Counted from the first letter of the stretch, positions 1 through 11,067 are shown. The stretch is DNA of 58,684 nucleotides from a candidate division FCPU426 bacterium (GCA_963830915.1 CAWHOE010000039.1:1-58684), one strand, 5' to 3'. A program made the numbers and translations. Notes: generated from the sequence alone by a model not told the origin.

Positions 1-408
1 ACCGAGGGACAAGTGACCGATCAAACGACGGCCCATATTGCCCAAGGAAAGCATTTCCATGACTTCACCGACCCGGTTGGCAGTCTGGTCGGCCGGGACT
101 TCCTTGATCTCAGCCACGAACTTCAAATAATCAACCACCCTCATGTCGCCGTAAATAGGTGGGACTTCAGGGAGATAACCGATGCGTTTTTTGACTTCGT
201 GGGGGGCTTCCATCACGTCGTAACCGTCCACCGTGACCTTGCCGCCGTTCAGGGGAAGGGAGGTCGTGATGACCCTCATGGTGGTGGTTTTGCCGGCCCC
301 GTTGGGGCCCAAGAGACCAAGAATGGTTCCTTTGGGGACGGAAAAGGTGACCCGATCCACCGCCGCTAAGGACCCGTACATTTTGATGACGTCTTTGACT
401 TCGATCAC
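1..408 (-). CDS. ABC transporter ATP-binding protein (ABC-2/GldA-like), 5' part, runs off window edge
   Basis: Not in the ORF track; manual translation from GTG at 408 gives VIEVKDVIKMYGSLAAVDRVTFSVPKGTILGLLGPNGAGKTTTMRVIT...RIGYLPEVPPIYGDMRVVDYLKF. Walker A is GPNGAGKT. Confidence 0.9.
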   Translation of the reverse strand, partial: MIEVKDVIKMYGSLAAVDRVTFSVPKGTILGLLGPNGAGKTTTMRVITTSLPLNGGKVTVDGYDVMEAPHEVKKRIGYLPEVPPIYGDMRVVDYLKFVAEIKEVPADQTANRVGEVMEMLSLGNMGRRLIGHLSLG

Positions 409-602
409 TGTTTTATGGCCTTCGCTCAGATGTGATATTCGTTCGCGAAAAAGTCAAATGAACCTGCCTACGGAGAAAAAAATATAATCATTTTTGAAAT
501 TTTTTCAAGGGGTTTTTAAGGACGTCCTCAAAAGGCCCGGCGCCGAAAATCGCGTACAAATTTATACCACAAGAAGGCCAGGCTTGTTCGATTATTCGGT
601 CA

Positions 603-1866
603 TTAATCCCTGAAATTGGAGGAGGCTTCCTTCAACCGTTGGGCCACGCCCTCCAACTGACGGGCGGCCGCCACCATGGATTCCATGGAAGCGGTCAATT
701 CCTGAGTGGACGCGGATATCTCCTCGGTAGCCGACGCGTTTTCCTCTGAAACCGCCACGATATTGGTGATGGCTTCCACCACGCTGGACGCCTGGTCGGC
801 CTGGCTTTCAAAGGATTGGGAAATTTCCTGGACCTGGTTCACCACCTCGTCCGAAGCCGCCTGGATCTCCTTGAGCGCTTCCCCGCCCTCCGCCACGACC
901 GTCAATCCTTCCGATACCTTCTCGGCGCCAGAACTCATGCTGGTGACCACCGAGGAAATTTCCTTTTGGATTTCCCGGATCATGACCCCGATCTGATGGG
1001 CCGCTTCGGCCGAACCGTCCGCAAGCTTCTTGACTTCCTCGGCGACCACGGCGAAACCCCTACCGTATTCCCCCGCCCGGGCCGCCTCGATCGCGGCGTT
1101 CAAGGCCAAAAGATTGGTCTGGTCGGCGATATGGGTGATCACATCCACGACCTTGCCGATGGCCTTGGACCGGTTGCCCAGCTCGGTCACCTCGTGGGTC
1201 GAACTTTGAACGACCTCATGGATGGTTTCCATCTGGGTAATGGTCTTCTGGACGGCCCGGCTTCCCGCCTCGGAGGCGTTCTTGGACCGGTTGACGACCT
1301 GTTCGGAGTTGCTCAATAGCTCGGCGGATTTTTGGATGTTGCCCGCCATCTTGTCGATGATATTGAAAGCCTCCTGCACCTTCATGGCCTGTTCCTCCGC
1401 CCCCCGGGAAATGTTCTGGATGGTGGAGGAGACCTCTTCCGTGGCTCCGTGCATCTGCTGGATGGTTTGGGTCAACTGCTCGGCCAACAGCAAGGTCTCC
1501 TGCGAGCTCTTCTTAAGCTGGTCCACCGAAGTCCTCAGGGATTCCAACATCACGTTGAAATGCTTGGCCAGGGACTGGAAATCCCCCGAATACTTGCCAA
1601 CGATGGAAACCTGAGGTTGCCCGTCGAGACTTCCTCCATGGCGTCTAGGAACTCTTCCAACGGGCGAAGCACGATCTTCTGGACCACCCAAAGAATGAGG
1701 GCCGCGGCGAAGACGCCCGACAGGCGCAAATCACCAGGAACCAGGCGTTGCTGGCCGGTTTGAAATAGTTCAGGAGGGGGAAGAGCAGGCCGATGCAGAT
1801 ACCCATGACGGTGATCGACCCGTACAAAAGGATCTCCGAGCGCGTGACCGGTTTGAGGTTTTTCAA
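603..1866 (-). CDS. Methyl-accepting chemotaxis protein (2 TM + HAMP + signalling domain), split by two frameshifts
   Basis: MCP hairpin tip [37 protein letters not shown]. Adding one base near 1724 and one near 1613 joins the 73-aa ORF N-terminus to [37 protein letters not shown] and then [20 protein letters not shown] (HAMP). Confidence 0.88.
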
Positions 1867-2930
1867 AGCAGGCTCCCTTGCGTGCCGCTGGGCGGGTTCA
1901 ATCCAAGATGCCGATAGGCCAAGGCTGTGACTTTCCGTCCGCTGGACGTCCGTTGCAGGAACCCGATCTGGACCAGGAAAGGCTCGTACACATCCTCCAC
2001 CGTCTCCGAGTCCTCCCCGACCGCCATGGCCAGGGTCTCGATGCCCACCGGGCCTCCCGAGAATTTCTCGATGATGGAGGATAGGATACGCCGGTCCATC
2101 CGGTCCAATCCCAGCTGATCCACTTCCAATAGTTTCAGGGCCGAGTCCGCCACTTCCTGGTCGACCACGCCCTTGCGCCTCACCTCGGCGAAATCACGAA
2201 GCCTCTTCAATAAACGGTTGGCCAGCCGGGGGGTTCCCCGGGACCTTTTGGCGACTTCCACCGCCCCATCCTCTGAAACCTTGATCTTCAGGACCTGGGC
2301 CGACCTTTTCACGATATCGGTCAATTCCTCGGGAGCGTAAAAATCCAGCCGATAGGTCAGCCCGAACCTGTCCCGTAAGGGCGCGCTGACTTTCCCGGCC
2401 CTGGTGGTGGCCCCGACCAGCGTGAAGGGGGGCAGTTGAAGACGGATTGCCCGCGCGGTGGGCCCCTTGCCGATCATGATATCCAGTTGAAAATCTTCCA
2501 TAGCCGGATACAGCACTTCCTCCACTATCCGGGGAAGGCGGTGGATCTCGTCGATGAACAAGAGGTCATAAGGCTGCAGGTTGGTCAGCAGGGCCGCCAG
2601 GTCCCCCGCCCTTTCGATGATGGGTCCGGAGGTGGTCTTGATATTGACGCCCATTTCCTTGGCGATGATGGAAGCCAGGGTGGTCTTGCCCAGGCCCGGG
2701 GGGCCGGAAAGGAGCAGATGTTCCAGGGCTTCCTTCCTCTTTTGGGCGGCTTGAAGGGCGATGGAAAGGGATTCTTTTAACTGGGTTTGGCCCACGTACT
2801 CATTGAGCAGTTTGGGACGGAGGGTCATTTCCTCGTCATCCCCTGATTTTTCCGGGTTCATCACGCGGATATCATCGGCTGGATCGTTCACCGGCGGTTT
2901 AGGGGAAACGGAAGGTTTGGGGCGTGACAT
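1863..2930 (-). CDS. ruvB: Holliday junction branch migration helicase RuvB
   Basis: [74 protein letters not shown] motifs. Confidence 0.98.
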   Translation of the reverse strand: MSRPKPSVSPKPPVNDPADDIRVMNPEKSGDDEEMTLRPKLLNEYVGQTQLKESLSIALQAAQKRKEALEHLLLSGPPGLGKTTLASIIAKEMGVNIKTTSGPIIERAGDLAALLTNLQPYDLLFIDEIHRLPRIVEEVLYPAMEDFQLDIMIGKGPTARAIRLQLPPFTLVGATTRAGKVSAPLRDRFGLTYRLDFYAPEELTDIVKRSAQVLKIKVSEDGAVEVAKRSRGTPRLANRLLKRLRDFAEVRRKGVVDQEVADSALKLLEVDQLGLDRMDRRILSSIIEKFSGGPVGIETLAMAVGEDSETVEDVYEPFLVQIGFLQRTSSGRKVTALAYRHLGLNPPSGTQGSLL

Positions 2931-3011
2931 GGGTTCATTTTACAGGCAAACAAGTCCGGTTCAACTTGGAATTTCAAGGAACGGGCTTCTATAGGAGGAG
3001 TAACGAACGGG

Positions 3012-5059
3012 TTACTTCTTCCTTTTTCTCGGCCCCGCCCCTTCCGGGGTCCCCGCCTTCGCCAAGAAGACCGTCTCGCACTCGGGCAAGGCGTTCAGGA
3101 ATACCCTTCCCCATCTTTCCGTGGTCACCCGGGGGTCCAGGATGGTCACGGTCCCCACATCGGTCGCGGTGCGGATCAGGCGTCCGAAACCCTGTTTCAG
3201 CCTCAGAACCGCTTCCGGCAGGCTTTCCACCTGGAAAGGTTCCAAACCTTGTTCTTTGAGCCTGGCATGTCTCGCCTCCACCAAGGGACCTTCCGGCACC
3301 TGGAAAGGCAGTTTGGTGATGATCAAGTTGGAAAGGGACTCTCCCGGCACGTCCACCCCTTCCCAGAAACTGTTTACGCCTAAAAGGACCGAATTGATAT
3401 CCTCCCGAAACACCTTCAATAACCTGGTCCTGTCCCACCCGTCCTCGCCTTGCACCAGCAGGGTGATCCCCAGGTCGTCCAGGTCTTGGCGGATGGCGTC
3501 GGCGACTTGCCTCAGCATTTTGAAGCTGGTGAAAAGGACGAATGCCTTCCCATGGGAATGCTTCAAGGATGCCCGGACATACTCGACGACCTCCTTGTTG
3601 TACTTTTCCTCTTCCCGCCTGGGATGAGGCATGGACCGGGGCAGGAAAAGGGTGACCTGTTTCTTGAAATTGAAGGGGGAACCGGCCTGAAGGGTTTTCA
3701 CTCTCCTTGCCTCTTCCGGGTCATCCATCCCCAGGGCGTGCTTGAAGTAGGAGAAATCGTTCCCCACCGAAAGGGTGGCGCTGGTGAAGATCGCGGTCTT
3801 GACGGAGGAAAGCAGGTGTTCCCGGATCAGGGAGGAGGCGTCCAGGGGAATGGCCTTGACCGAAGAAGCCCGAACGTCGCCCCTTTTCAAAGCCTGGTTG
3901 TCCGGTTCCACCACGTAGCAGGACTCATCGCCCCAACCCCTTTCCAGGATATAGGAGAGCCGTTTGATGAGCGACTTGCACTCTTCCCTGGTCCCCTTGG
4001 CTTCCATCCCCAGTTCCTCGGCGGACGCCGATTCGGCCGCCATTTCCAAAAGGTTCTCGATCCTCTGCAAGGGCCTGGCCAGGTCGTCGATAGGGGGAGG
4101 GTTCTCCGGCAAGGGATAGGCTTTGGGGGTGCTGTTGGTCCCGAAAGCGGCGGCCCCCAAAGTCCTGAAAAAAAGCTCGGCGGCGTTCTTGAATTCCATC
4201 ACCGCTTCCCCGGCCCCCATAGTGGGGATGAGGGCGAACAGACCCTTCTTGCTGTCCTTGGAAGAGTCCTCTGTATATAGAAACGCCGGACCAACCCGTT
4301 GCATTCCGAAAGGGTGACCGAAGTCGCCAGATGCTCCGCCGCCAGGGCTGGCAGGTGATGGGCCTCATCCACGATCAATGTCTCGTAAGGGGGCAGGACC
4401 CCCTGTTCCGATTCCATTTTCAGGGCCAGGTCGGCCAAGAGCAGGGCGTGGTTCACCAGGATCATATGGGCTCCATAAGCCTTGCGCCGGGTGTTGTGGT
4501 AGAAGCAGGTCTCGTAAGTTGGGCATTTGGTCCCCAGGCAATGGTAAGGGTCGCTTTTTACCTCGTTCCAAAGTTCCGGCGGTATGGGAAAGCCCGCCGA
4601 GGAAAGGGTTCCTTCCGGCGAGCCTGCCGCCCATTGCTGGATCTTCAGATAGCCGGTGCTTTCGCCATCAAAATCCATCTGGGTGTTGGATTCCAGGGCC
4701 AGGGCCAACCTTCTTTTGGAAAGGTAATTACCCCTGCCTTTCAATAGAACGACCTGGGGGATAGGCGACCCTTCCTTTTCCAAGGCGGCCAACACGACCG
4801 GAATATCCTTTTGGAACAGCTGTTCCTGAAGGGTCAGGGTATGGGTGGAGACGATGACAGGCCCGCCGACCTGGATGGCATGGTCCAAAGCGGGGAGAAG
4901 GTAGGCGAAACTCTTGCCCACGCCCGTGCCAGCCTCGACCATCAGCAGCCCGCCCGTTTGAAGGGTTTCTTCGATGGCCTCAGCCATGTGGTTCTGTTGG
5001 GGCCTTTTTTCGAGCTTTGTCCCGGTGGAAACGGCGGAAAGTCTTTGGGTAATGTCCAT
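3012..5059 (-). CDS. ATP-dependent DNA helicase, DinG/YoaA family; one frameshift near 4282
   Basis: N-half has EAGTGVGKSFAYL, LKGRGNYL and VDEAHHL; C-half has TSATL, SPF, LFTSF, FWEGVDVPG and QGFGRLIR. Adding one base to the A3 run at 4281-4283 fuses both ORFs. Confidence 0.92.
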
Positions 5060-5112
5060 AGCGCTGAAAGCATACTCCAAAAGATGGCGAATCCAAAGCG
5101 TCCGTAAAAACA

Positions 5113-5141
5113 AAAAGAGCGGGAAAGATTCCCGCTCTTTT
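5113..5141 (-). terminator. Intrinsic terminator downstream of the FecR-domain gene
   Basis: Inverted repeat aaaagagcggga-aagat-tcccgctctttt with T-tracts on both strands. Confidence 0.8.
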
Positions 5142-5168
5142 CACTTACCTATTCCTATCGACCAAAGA

Positions 5169-5966
5169 TCAAAACGTGTGGTGTCTTTCCATCATCTCCC
5201 TGTGGAATATCTTTTTCTTGGCGTGATTATGCCTTCTTATCCAACGGGCCCGCCGATGGTTCCGGATGTCTTCTAGGCGTTTGGCCCTTTTCTGCATAAC
5301 GATCTGACGATAGGCCCTCCATTTTTGGAACCGGCCTATCTCCCTTTGGTCCAACCTTCTCTGCATCCTGAACATTCCCCTTTGAAAACTGCTGGCGTTC
5401 CCGGCCTCCACCATGTGGGATTCCCCGTTCTGTCCCAGAACCTCGACCTTCCCCTCGTGGGTAGAGGTCTGGACCATTCCCCCGCTGGCGTTCACCTCGA
5501 ACGCCGTTCCTCGGACCCCGCAAACTACCCCGTCCGATTCCACCTCGAAGGTCGAATGGCTTTCTTCCAGGTGTTTTTTCACGTCCGCCAAGACCTGGCC
5601 GGTCACCAGGATCAGGTGGCTGAAGAACCCGCCCGTGTTGTTGGCTTCCACCTGTTCCACTTTCATATCGGTGTTCGCGCTCAGTTGAACCGATGTGTCG
5701 GATTGGAGCATCAAGGCGGCGGTGGTATTGTTCCCCAACTTCACCTCATCCCCCGTCTCCAGGATCTGCCCCTCCTCAGCCGGTTCCCACTTGTCCGTGC
5801 CGTCCTCTTTGACCTGGATGTCGGTCCCCTGGATGTCCTCCAGCACATACTCCGCTGGATTTTCGCTGGTCGGAGTTTGCGCCATCGACTTCAAGGGGAA
5901 AGCCGCGACCAACAGCATCCCGCAGGCCAGGGCCGTGATATTTTTGAACAGGGAACTTTGATTCAT
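5169..5966 (-). CDS. Secreted FecR-domain protein
   Basis: Signal-peptide-like N-terminus; FecR pattern GDEVKLG...VQLSANT...GQVLADV...FEV...CGVRGTAFEV...EGKVEV; basic C-terminal tail; SD AAAGGAG 6 nt before ATG 5966. Confidence 0.8.
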   Translation of the reverse strand: MNQSSLFKNITALACGMLLVAAFPLKSMAQTPTSENPAEYVLEDIQGTDIQVKEDGTDKWEPAEEGQILETGDEVKLGNNTTAALMLQSDTSVQLSANTDMKVEQVEANNTGGFFSHLILVTGQVLADVKKHLEESHSTFEVESDGVVCGVRGTAFEVNASGGMVQTSTHEGKVEVLGQNGESHMVEAGNASSFQRGMFRMQRRLDQREIGRFQKWRAYRQIVMQKRAKRLEDIRNHRRARWIRRHNHAKKKIFHREMMERHHTF

Positions 5967-6131
5967 GATCATCTCCTTTGGGTTACTGTATGTTAGACGA
6001 CTGGACGGCTTTCCCGGTTCCAATCGTTTCAACAGGCTTTAGGCCATATTTAGTTTTTTGTTTTCATCGATATCAAAAATAAAGCTTTTTCTGTGCCTCC
6101 GTGTCTCTGTGGTGAAATATTCGATGATTTT

Positions 6132-6551
6132 TTATCTCGGGTAAGGATGGCCCTTCAGGGTCGCTCCTGCCCGATAGAGTTGTTCCATCAACAAAACCCT
6201 GGCCAATTCATGGGGATAGGTCATGGGCGAAAGACTGACACTTTGGAAAAACCCCTTAGGCAGTTCGGCGGGCGGGCCGTCCGCGCCCCAGACCCAAAGG
6301 TAAAGCTCCTGGGAGGACTGGGTGACCCACTGGGTGAATTGCTGGGAATCCATGTTCTTCCCGTGGGCGTCCAGGGAAATGAATTTGCCCTTCCCTTTCC
6401 TGGCCTCGCACCACTTCAGGATATCCTTTGTCTTTTCCGGCATCTCCACGATGGTCACGGGCCAGAGGCGGTCCAGCCTTTTTTTGTAATCGTCCGCCAA
6501 TTCCTTGAAGCGCTTGTCCCGGAAGGGACCGACCCAGAGGCAATAGACCAT
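6132..6551 (-). CDS. rlmH: 23S rRNA (pseudouridine1915-N3)-methyltransferase RlmH
   Basis: SPOUT C-terminal motif SLSPMTYPHELARVLLMEQLYRA...GHPY and LDAHGKNMDS. Confidence 0.9.
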   Translation of the reverse strand: MVYCLWVGPFRDKRFKELADDYKKRLDRLWPVTIVEMPEKTKDILKWCEARKGKGKFISLDAHGKNMDSQQFTQWVTQSSQELYLWVWGADGPPAELPKGFFQSVSLSPMTYPHELARVLLMEQLYRAGATLKGHPYPR

Positions 6552-6568
6552 TCAGGTACCCCCGCCTT

Positions 6569-7957
6569 TTATTTTTGGGTCATTTTTTCGACGATCATTT
6601 CCCGGATCTCCGGCTGGTCCTGGGTCCATTCGGCGACCAGCGCGATCATGCGCTTGGCGGTGGAAGCCTCGAACCGGCAGGAAAGGACCGGCTCGGTGAC
6701 CGACATGCGCGCGATCCCCCAGCCGTCCGGAAAGACCGCCCGGACCCCGTCCAGCGTGGAAACCACACCGCCCATTTCCTTGGCTCGGGACTTGAGCGAC
6801 TCAAAAAGGGCCGAGACCTGTTCCGGCGAGAGTTTCAGTTTGACGTCGTGGCTCGAGACCAACGGCGGGAAAGATTGGCAAAGTTGGGAGAGGGTTTGAT
6901 TGCTTTCTTTGAGTAGTTCCATCAACTTCAAACAAACATAGAGAGCGTCACTAGGAAAGAGCCCTGGGAGGAAAAAGTGGCCGCTGGCCTCGCCGGCAAG
7001 CAGGGCCCTTTCCTGCGTCATGCGGGTGAAGATAAAGGTATGTCCCGACCTTTCCAATATGGGCACTCCACCATGGGCCCGTACTGTCTTGTCCACCCAA
7101 TCTGAGCATTTGCCGTCGTAGATCACCCGTCCGCCCTTGTATTTCGCTAGCAATTGGATGGAAAAAAGGCTGAGGATGACATCATTGGGAACTTCCCTGC
7201 CCTTCTCATCCACGAAACTCACCCGGTCGCCGTCCCCATCGAAGGCCGCTCCCATCTGGGCCTTGGCCTTGCGCACCTTCTCGCCCAGGGCTTCCAAGGC
7301 CGCTGGCGATGAACTATCCGCACCCCTTCCTGGGAAATCGCCGTCCATCTCGCCGTTGAGCATAGTCAGGTCGCAATTGACGGACTCGAATATCTTGGGC
7401 GCGGTCAAGGCGGTCATGCCATTGCCCGGGTCGATGACCAGGTGGAAACCCTGGAAATTCTGGCCCACCGAGTTGACGACCGAATTGCGGTAATCGGGAT
7501 AGAAGTTCTTCTTTTCCACGATGCCCGCGCCCTTGCGGAAGTTTTCCTTGTTCAAGACGTCGTAGACTTTCTGTATCCACTCGACCGAGGCTGGAATGCC
7601 CTTGAGGAAGAATTTGAAGCCGTTGTATTCGGGCGGGTTGTGGGAAGCCGTCACCATCACGCCCACCGAGGCCCCGGAGAATCGGGTGGCGAAGCCGAGC
7701 AAGGGAGTGGACACCACGCCCGCGTCCACGATCTTCAGACCCGTATGGCGCAAACCGCTGATCATGGCTTTTTTGAGGGTGTCGCCTGAGGATCGGACAT
7801 CGCAGCCCACGACTACCTTGATGTTCCGATGGGGCTCGCTTTTGATCTGGGTCCCTACCGCCAAGCCGATCTGTTCGGCCTGCGGGGCGCCCAAGGGGCG
7901 TGGATAGGTGCCACGAATGTCGCATTGTTTAAGGATATCGGTAGAAACGATCGTCAC
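6569..7957 (-). CDS. Phosphomannomutase/phosphoglucomutase
   Basis: DIRG, catalytic VTASHNPPEYNG, metal loop DGDGDR, sugar-binding GEASGH. Confidence 0.93.
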   Translation of the reverse strand: MTIVSTDILKQCDIRGTYPRPLGAPQAEQIGLAVGTQIKSEPHRNIKVVVGCDVRSSGDTLKKAMISGLRHTGLKIVDAGVVSTPLLGFATRFSGASVGVMVTASHNPPEYNGFKFFLKGIPASVEWIQKVYDVLNKENFRKGAGIVEKKNFYPDYRNSVVNSVGQNFQGFHLVIDPGNGMTALTAPKIFESVNCDLTMLNGEMDGDFPGRGADSSSPAALEALGEKVRKAKAQMGAAFDGDGDRVSFVDEKGREVPNDVILSLFSIQLLAKYKGGRVIYDGKCSDWVDKTVRAHGGVPILERSGHTFIFTRMTQERALLAGEASGHFFLPGLFPSDALYVCLKLMELLKESNQTLSQLCQSFPPLVSSHDVKLKLSPEQVSALFESLKSRAKEMGGVVSTLDGVRAVFPDGWGIARMSVTEPVLSCRFEASTAKRMIALVAEWTQDQPEIREMIVEKMTQK

Positions 7958-8187
7958 GGAACAACCTCCCTGTTATTACGGCCACATCCAGCCAGCCTTG
8001 TCGCGGACGTCATTGTACCTTGTTTGATGAGATTTTGGAGGGTTGAGTAGGGTTTTAACTTGCCCGAATCCGCTTATTTCGCCAACTCGGTCCCAGGTCG
8101 AGTAAAATTATTTCTCGGAACGTGAACCGATCGAGTGATTGGTTCGTCAAACGTTCATCAGGTCGTAAAAATCTTTGGGGGCATTCC

Positions 8188-9561
8188 ATGAACCATAAAA
8201 ATCTAGCGGTCCTTTGTTTATTGATGTTCGGTTCGCTGTTATTCGGCTTGCAAGGTTGTGATATTACATATACGGTCGTCAATCAGGCGCCCGACCCCTA
8301 CGCCAACGCCCATTCCATCCAAAGAAGGGCCCAGTTCCAGATCGACAGGATCAACACCGCCTGGCAGGCGAACCAGTTGAACGCCGACATGGCGGCCGTC
8401 TTGAAAGACAACGACTTCCGCATCTATTGGCTGGCCAAGCAGGAAGTGGACGCCAATAATCCGCCCCAAGATATCGACGCCAATCAAACTTATAACCTGC
8501 AGATGATGCTGGCGGACAACGACAACAACATCAACGACGCCATCGCCCGCCACGACCAATGGGCCCAGGCTTTCCAGGGCGGGTGGGATTCGGGTTACAA
8601 CGCCCCCAGCCAGCCTCTCAATCAATGTTATCTGACCTATCAGCTCCAACGCCAGGAAACCCAGGTGAACAACGCCGTCGCGGCTGGCCAGTTGACGCCC
8701 GACCAGGCCCAGGACATCCGGGGACGTATCCAGGTCGTGCTGAACGTCCAGATGAACTATTACCGCCAGAACGGCAGGCTAAACTTGACCGACGATCAAG
8801 CCCAGGAATTGCGCCGGATGACCGATGACAATGAACGCTACCTGGCCTTCAGGACAAGAAGGCCGGATGACGAATGGAACGGGGACCGATACGAGAAATG
8901 GGGCCAGAGGAACCAGGAACCTCAAAACCACACCGTCCCGGCCTGGAGACAGAATCCCCCGGCCGCCGCTTCCCAGAACAACAACCAGCCTCAGAGGCCA
9001 GCGGGCCAACCGGTCGGGGTGGGTAATGTTCAGCCCCAAACCCAAGCCCCAGCTCAGAACAATATCGCCCCAACTGCGACACCCCTTCCCCAGGCGGTAG
9101 CGCCGGTCGACAGGCCCAGACCGGTTCGAGACAGCGGAACATCTCCTGCCGTCCAACCGCCCGCCCAATCCCAACCGGCAAGCTCGGTCCCGACGGCTCA
9201 ACCACCAGCGCCTACCAAACCAGTAGCTCCGGCGCAGGCTTCCGCTGGCAATGGTCCGGCCAACAAGGGAGTCAAACCAGGGGCAACGGCCCCCTCCCAA
9301 CCTCAATACCTGGCGGCTGACCCGATCCAAAACCGTCTGAAGAAACAAACCCAGACCTTCAACGGCATTCGCCAGTCAGGGAAACTCAAGCCTCCCCAAA
9401 CCAACCTGTACCAGCAGAAGACCATCAAGGTCAACCAGGCCTTGTCCAGCTTCATGAAACAGAACCATCAAAAAGGGCTGACCCAGGCCCAGATTGACCA
9501 GCTCAACAAGCAATTGGATGATCTGGATAACACGATGGCGGGATTTCAAAAGAAAAAATAA
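8188..9561 (+). CDS. Hypothetical lipoprotein with helical repeats and a Pro/Gln-rich linker
   Basis: ATG 8188 gives MNHKNLAVLCLLMFGSLLFGLQGC (lipobox LQGC); long ORF ending just before a hairpin. Confidence 0.75.
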   Translation: MNHKNLAVLCLLMFGSLLFGLQGCDITYTVVNQAPDPYANAHSIQRRAQFQIDRINTAWQANQLNADMAAVLKDNDFRIYWLAKQEVDANNPPQDIDANQTYNLQMMLADNDNNINDAIARHDQWAQAFQGGWDSGYNAPSQPLNQCYLTYQLQRQETQVNNAVAAGQLTPDQAQDIRGRIQVVLNVQMNYYRQNGRLNLTDDQAQELRRMTDDNERYLAFRTRRPDDEWNGDRYEKWGQRNQEPQNHTVPAWRQNPPAAASQNNNQPQRPAGQPVGVGNVQPQTQAPAQNNIAPTATPLPQAVAPVDRPRPVRDSGTSPAVQPPAQSQPASSVPTAQPPAPTKPVAPAQASAGNGPANKGVKPGATAPSQPQYLAADPIQNRLKKQTQTFNGIRQSGKLKPPQTNLYQQKTIKVNQALSSFMKQNHQKGLTQAQIDQLNKQLDDLDNTMAGFQKKK

Positions 9562-9580
9562 ACTCTAATGCCCGCGTTAA

Positions 9581-9614
9581 TAACAGTTCGGCCAGCTCTC
9601 TGGCCGGACTGTTA
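9581..9614. terminator. Hairpin between convergent genes, probable bidirectional terminator
   Basis: taacagttcggccag-ctct-ctggccggactgtta: 15-bp stem with one non-Watson-Crick position; no clear U-tract. Confidence 0.6.
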
Positions 9615-9660
9615 AGGGCAGGTTTCTATTTTGTGAACGGGATTTGTTGAGGCGATAGAT

Positions 9661-10950
9661 CTAGGGAACGTAAGTGAAAACCGCGATCCGCTCATTACCC
9701 TGGTCAGCGACATAGACATTACCTAGGTTATCCACCGCGACCCCTTGGGGCAGACTCAGTTGCCCGCTTCCCCCGGTATTGCCGAACTGGTTGAGATAAT
9801 TCCCTGAAGTATCAAATTCCTGAATTCGATTATTTGAATAATCAGCGATGAAAACATGGTTCCCGCTGTCCACGGCGACTCCCGCAGCGGAATGGAACTG
9901 GCCGTTCGCGTTACCGGGGGAATTCGTGCCCGCGAATACGCTCCAGGTCGACCCGTTGTATTTATAAGCGAGTTGCTGGGCGATATCCGCCACGTAAAGA
10001 TTCCCAGAGGTATCCGCCTCCACTCCCAGGAGAGAAAAGAAATGGAAATAGGTCGGCAGAATGGTCCAAGTAGCGGTTCCGGGGACGTATTGTTGAACGA
10101 CCCTGTTGGCCGTGTCCGTGACGAAAAGATTGCCATTGCCGTCAAAGCCTAAACCCCAGGGATTGGTAAAATAACCCGCCGACGTTCCTGAGCCCAAGGA
10201 CACCACGCTCCAACTGGAGCCGTTGTATTCTTGGATCCTCGCGCCCACGTATTCCGCCACGTAAAGATCACCGGAGGCGTCCAAAGCCACGCCCGTCGGA
10301 TCATTGAATTGCCCCAACCCGCTCCCACTCGCGGTTCCGCCAATAGTCGTCCAGGAAGGGCCTGAACTGCTGTAAACCTCTATCCTGTTGTTGCCACCGT
10401 CCGCGACATAAACCGTCGTCACTCCCCCGGAAATGGTTACGGCGAGCCCGGTTGGCAAGTTGAAATTACCAAGCCCGCTCCCGCTGGTTCCGAAGGAATA
10501 GGAATATGCAAATAAAGGCGTTGGGGTCAGGGTGGATGTGACCGTAGGCGTGCTGGTAGAGGTGGGTGTCGCGGTGACCGTGGGCGAAAAGGTATTCGTG
10601 ATACTGGGAGTTATCGTCCAGGTTGGGGTCACAAGGATGGTGATGGGCGTGGAGGTGAAAATGGGTGTCCATGTATTGGTGGGGGTTATGGTGGGCGAGC
10701 CCGTTGGGGTGAATGTGCTGGTGACCAGGATGGTGATCGGCGTGGAGGTGAACATGGGAGTCCATGTATTGGTGGGGGTTAGGGTGGGGGAACCCGTGGG
10801 GGTGAACGTGGTCGTGACAAGAATGGTAACGGGTTGGGTTATGGTGACGGGAGCTGGTGACGTAGGGTTGCTTCCGCAGGCGATATGGAAGAGAGGGGTA
10901 AAAAGGCAAAAGACCAATGTGGAAAATAATAAATAAATTGTTCTGACCAT
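9661..10950 (-). CDS. NHL-repeat beta-propeller lipoprotein with a Thr/Pro-rich linker
   Basis: Lipobox-like HIAC; repeats such as FNLPTGLAV, FNDPTGVALD, LSLPQGVAVD followed by VYVADxxNxRI. Confidence 0.85.
   Translation of the reverse strand: MVRTIYLLFSTLVFCLFTPLFHIACGSNPTSPAPVTITQPVTILVTTTFTPTGSPTLTPTNTWTPMFTSTPITILVTSTFTPTGSPTITPTNTWTPIFTSTPITILVTPTWTITPSITNTFSPTVTATPTSTSTPTVTSTLTPTPLFAYSYSFGTSGSGLGNFNLPTGLAVTISGGVTTVYVADGGNNRIEVYSSSGPSWTTIGGTASGSGLGQFNDPTGVALDASGDLYVAEYVGARIQEYNGSSWSVVSLGSGTSAGYFTNPWGLGFDGNGNLFVTDTANRVVQQYVPGTATWTILPTYFHFFSLLGVEADTSGNLYVADIAQQLAYKYNGSTWSVFAGTNSPGNANGQFHSAAGVAVDSGNHVFIADYSNNRIQEFDTSGNYLNQFGNTGGSGQLSLPQGVAVDNLGNVYVADQGNERIAVFTYVP
10628..10836 (-). repeat. 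93-bp tandem repeat (31 aa, about 2.3 copies) in the lipoprotein linker
   Basis: [31 protein letters not shown] / PITILVTSTFTPTGSPTITPTNTWTPIFTST / PITILVT; gtccatgtattggtggggg starts at 10667 and 10760. Confidence 0.85.
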
Positions 10951-11067
10951 TGTCGCTCCCCGAGCAGTGGTTTTGTTGGGATTGAGCTTATCATCCACAC
11001 ATATAAAGAAGGTAACTTTATTGTTAAATGTTGGGTTTAGGGACCCATCCAAAAGAACACCAAGATA

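Noticed and set aside
13..487. Plus-strand ORFs 13..369 and 233..487
   Set aside because: Shadows of the minus-strand ABC ATPase, which has a clear Walker A motif.
3450..4280. 276-aa plus-strand ORF and similar long antisense ORFs (6093..6899, 33568..34362)
   Set aside because: They overlap well-supported minus-strand genes and have no motifs of their own.
6061..6092. Sigma-28-like promoter upstream of the FecR-domain gene
   Set aside because: Weak match (AAAGCTTT...ATCGATGA) with incorrect spacing.
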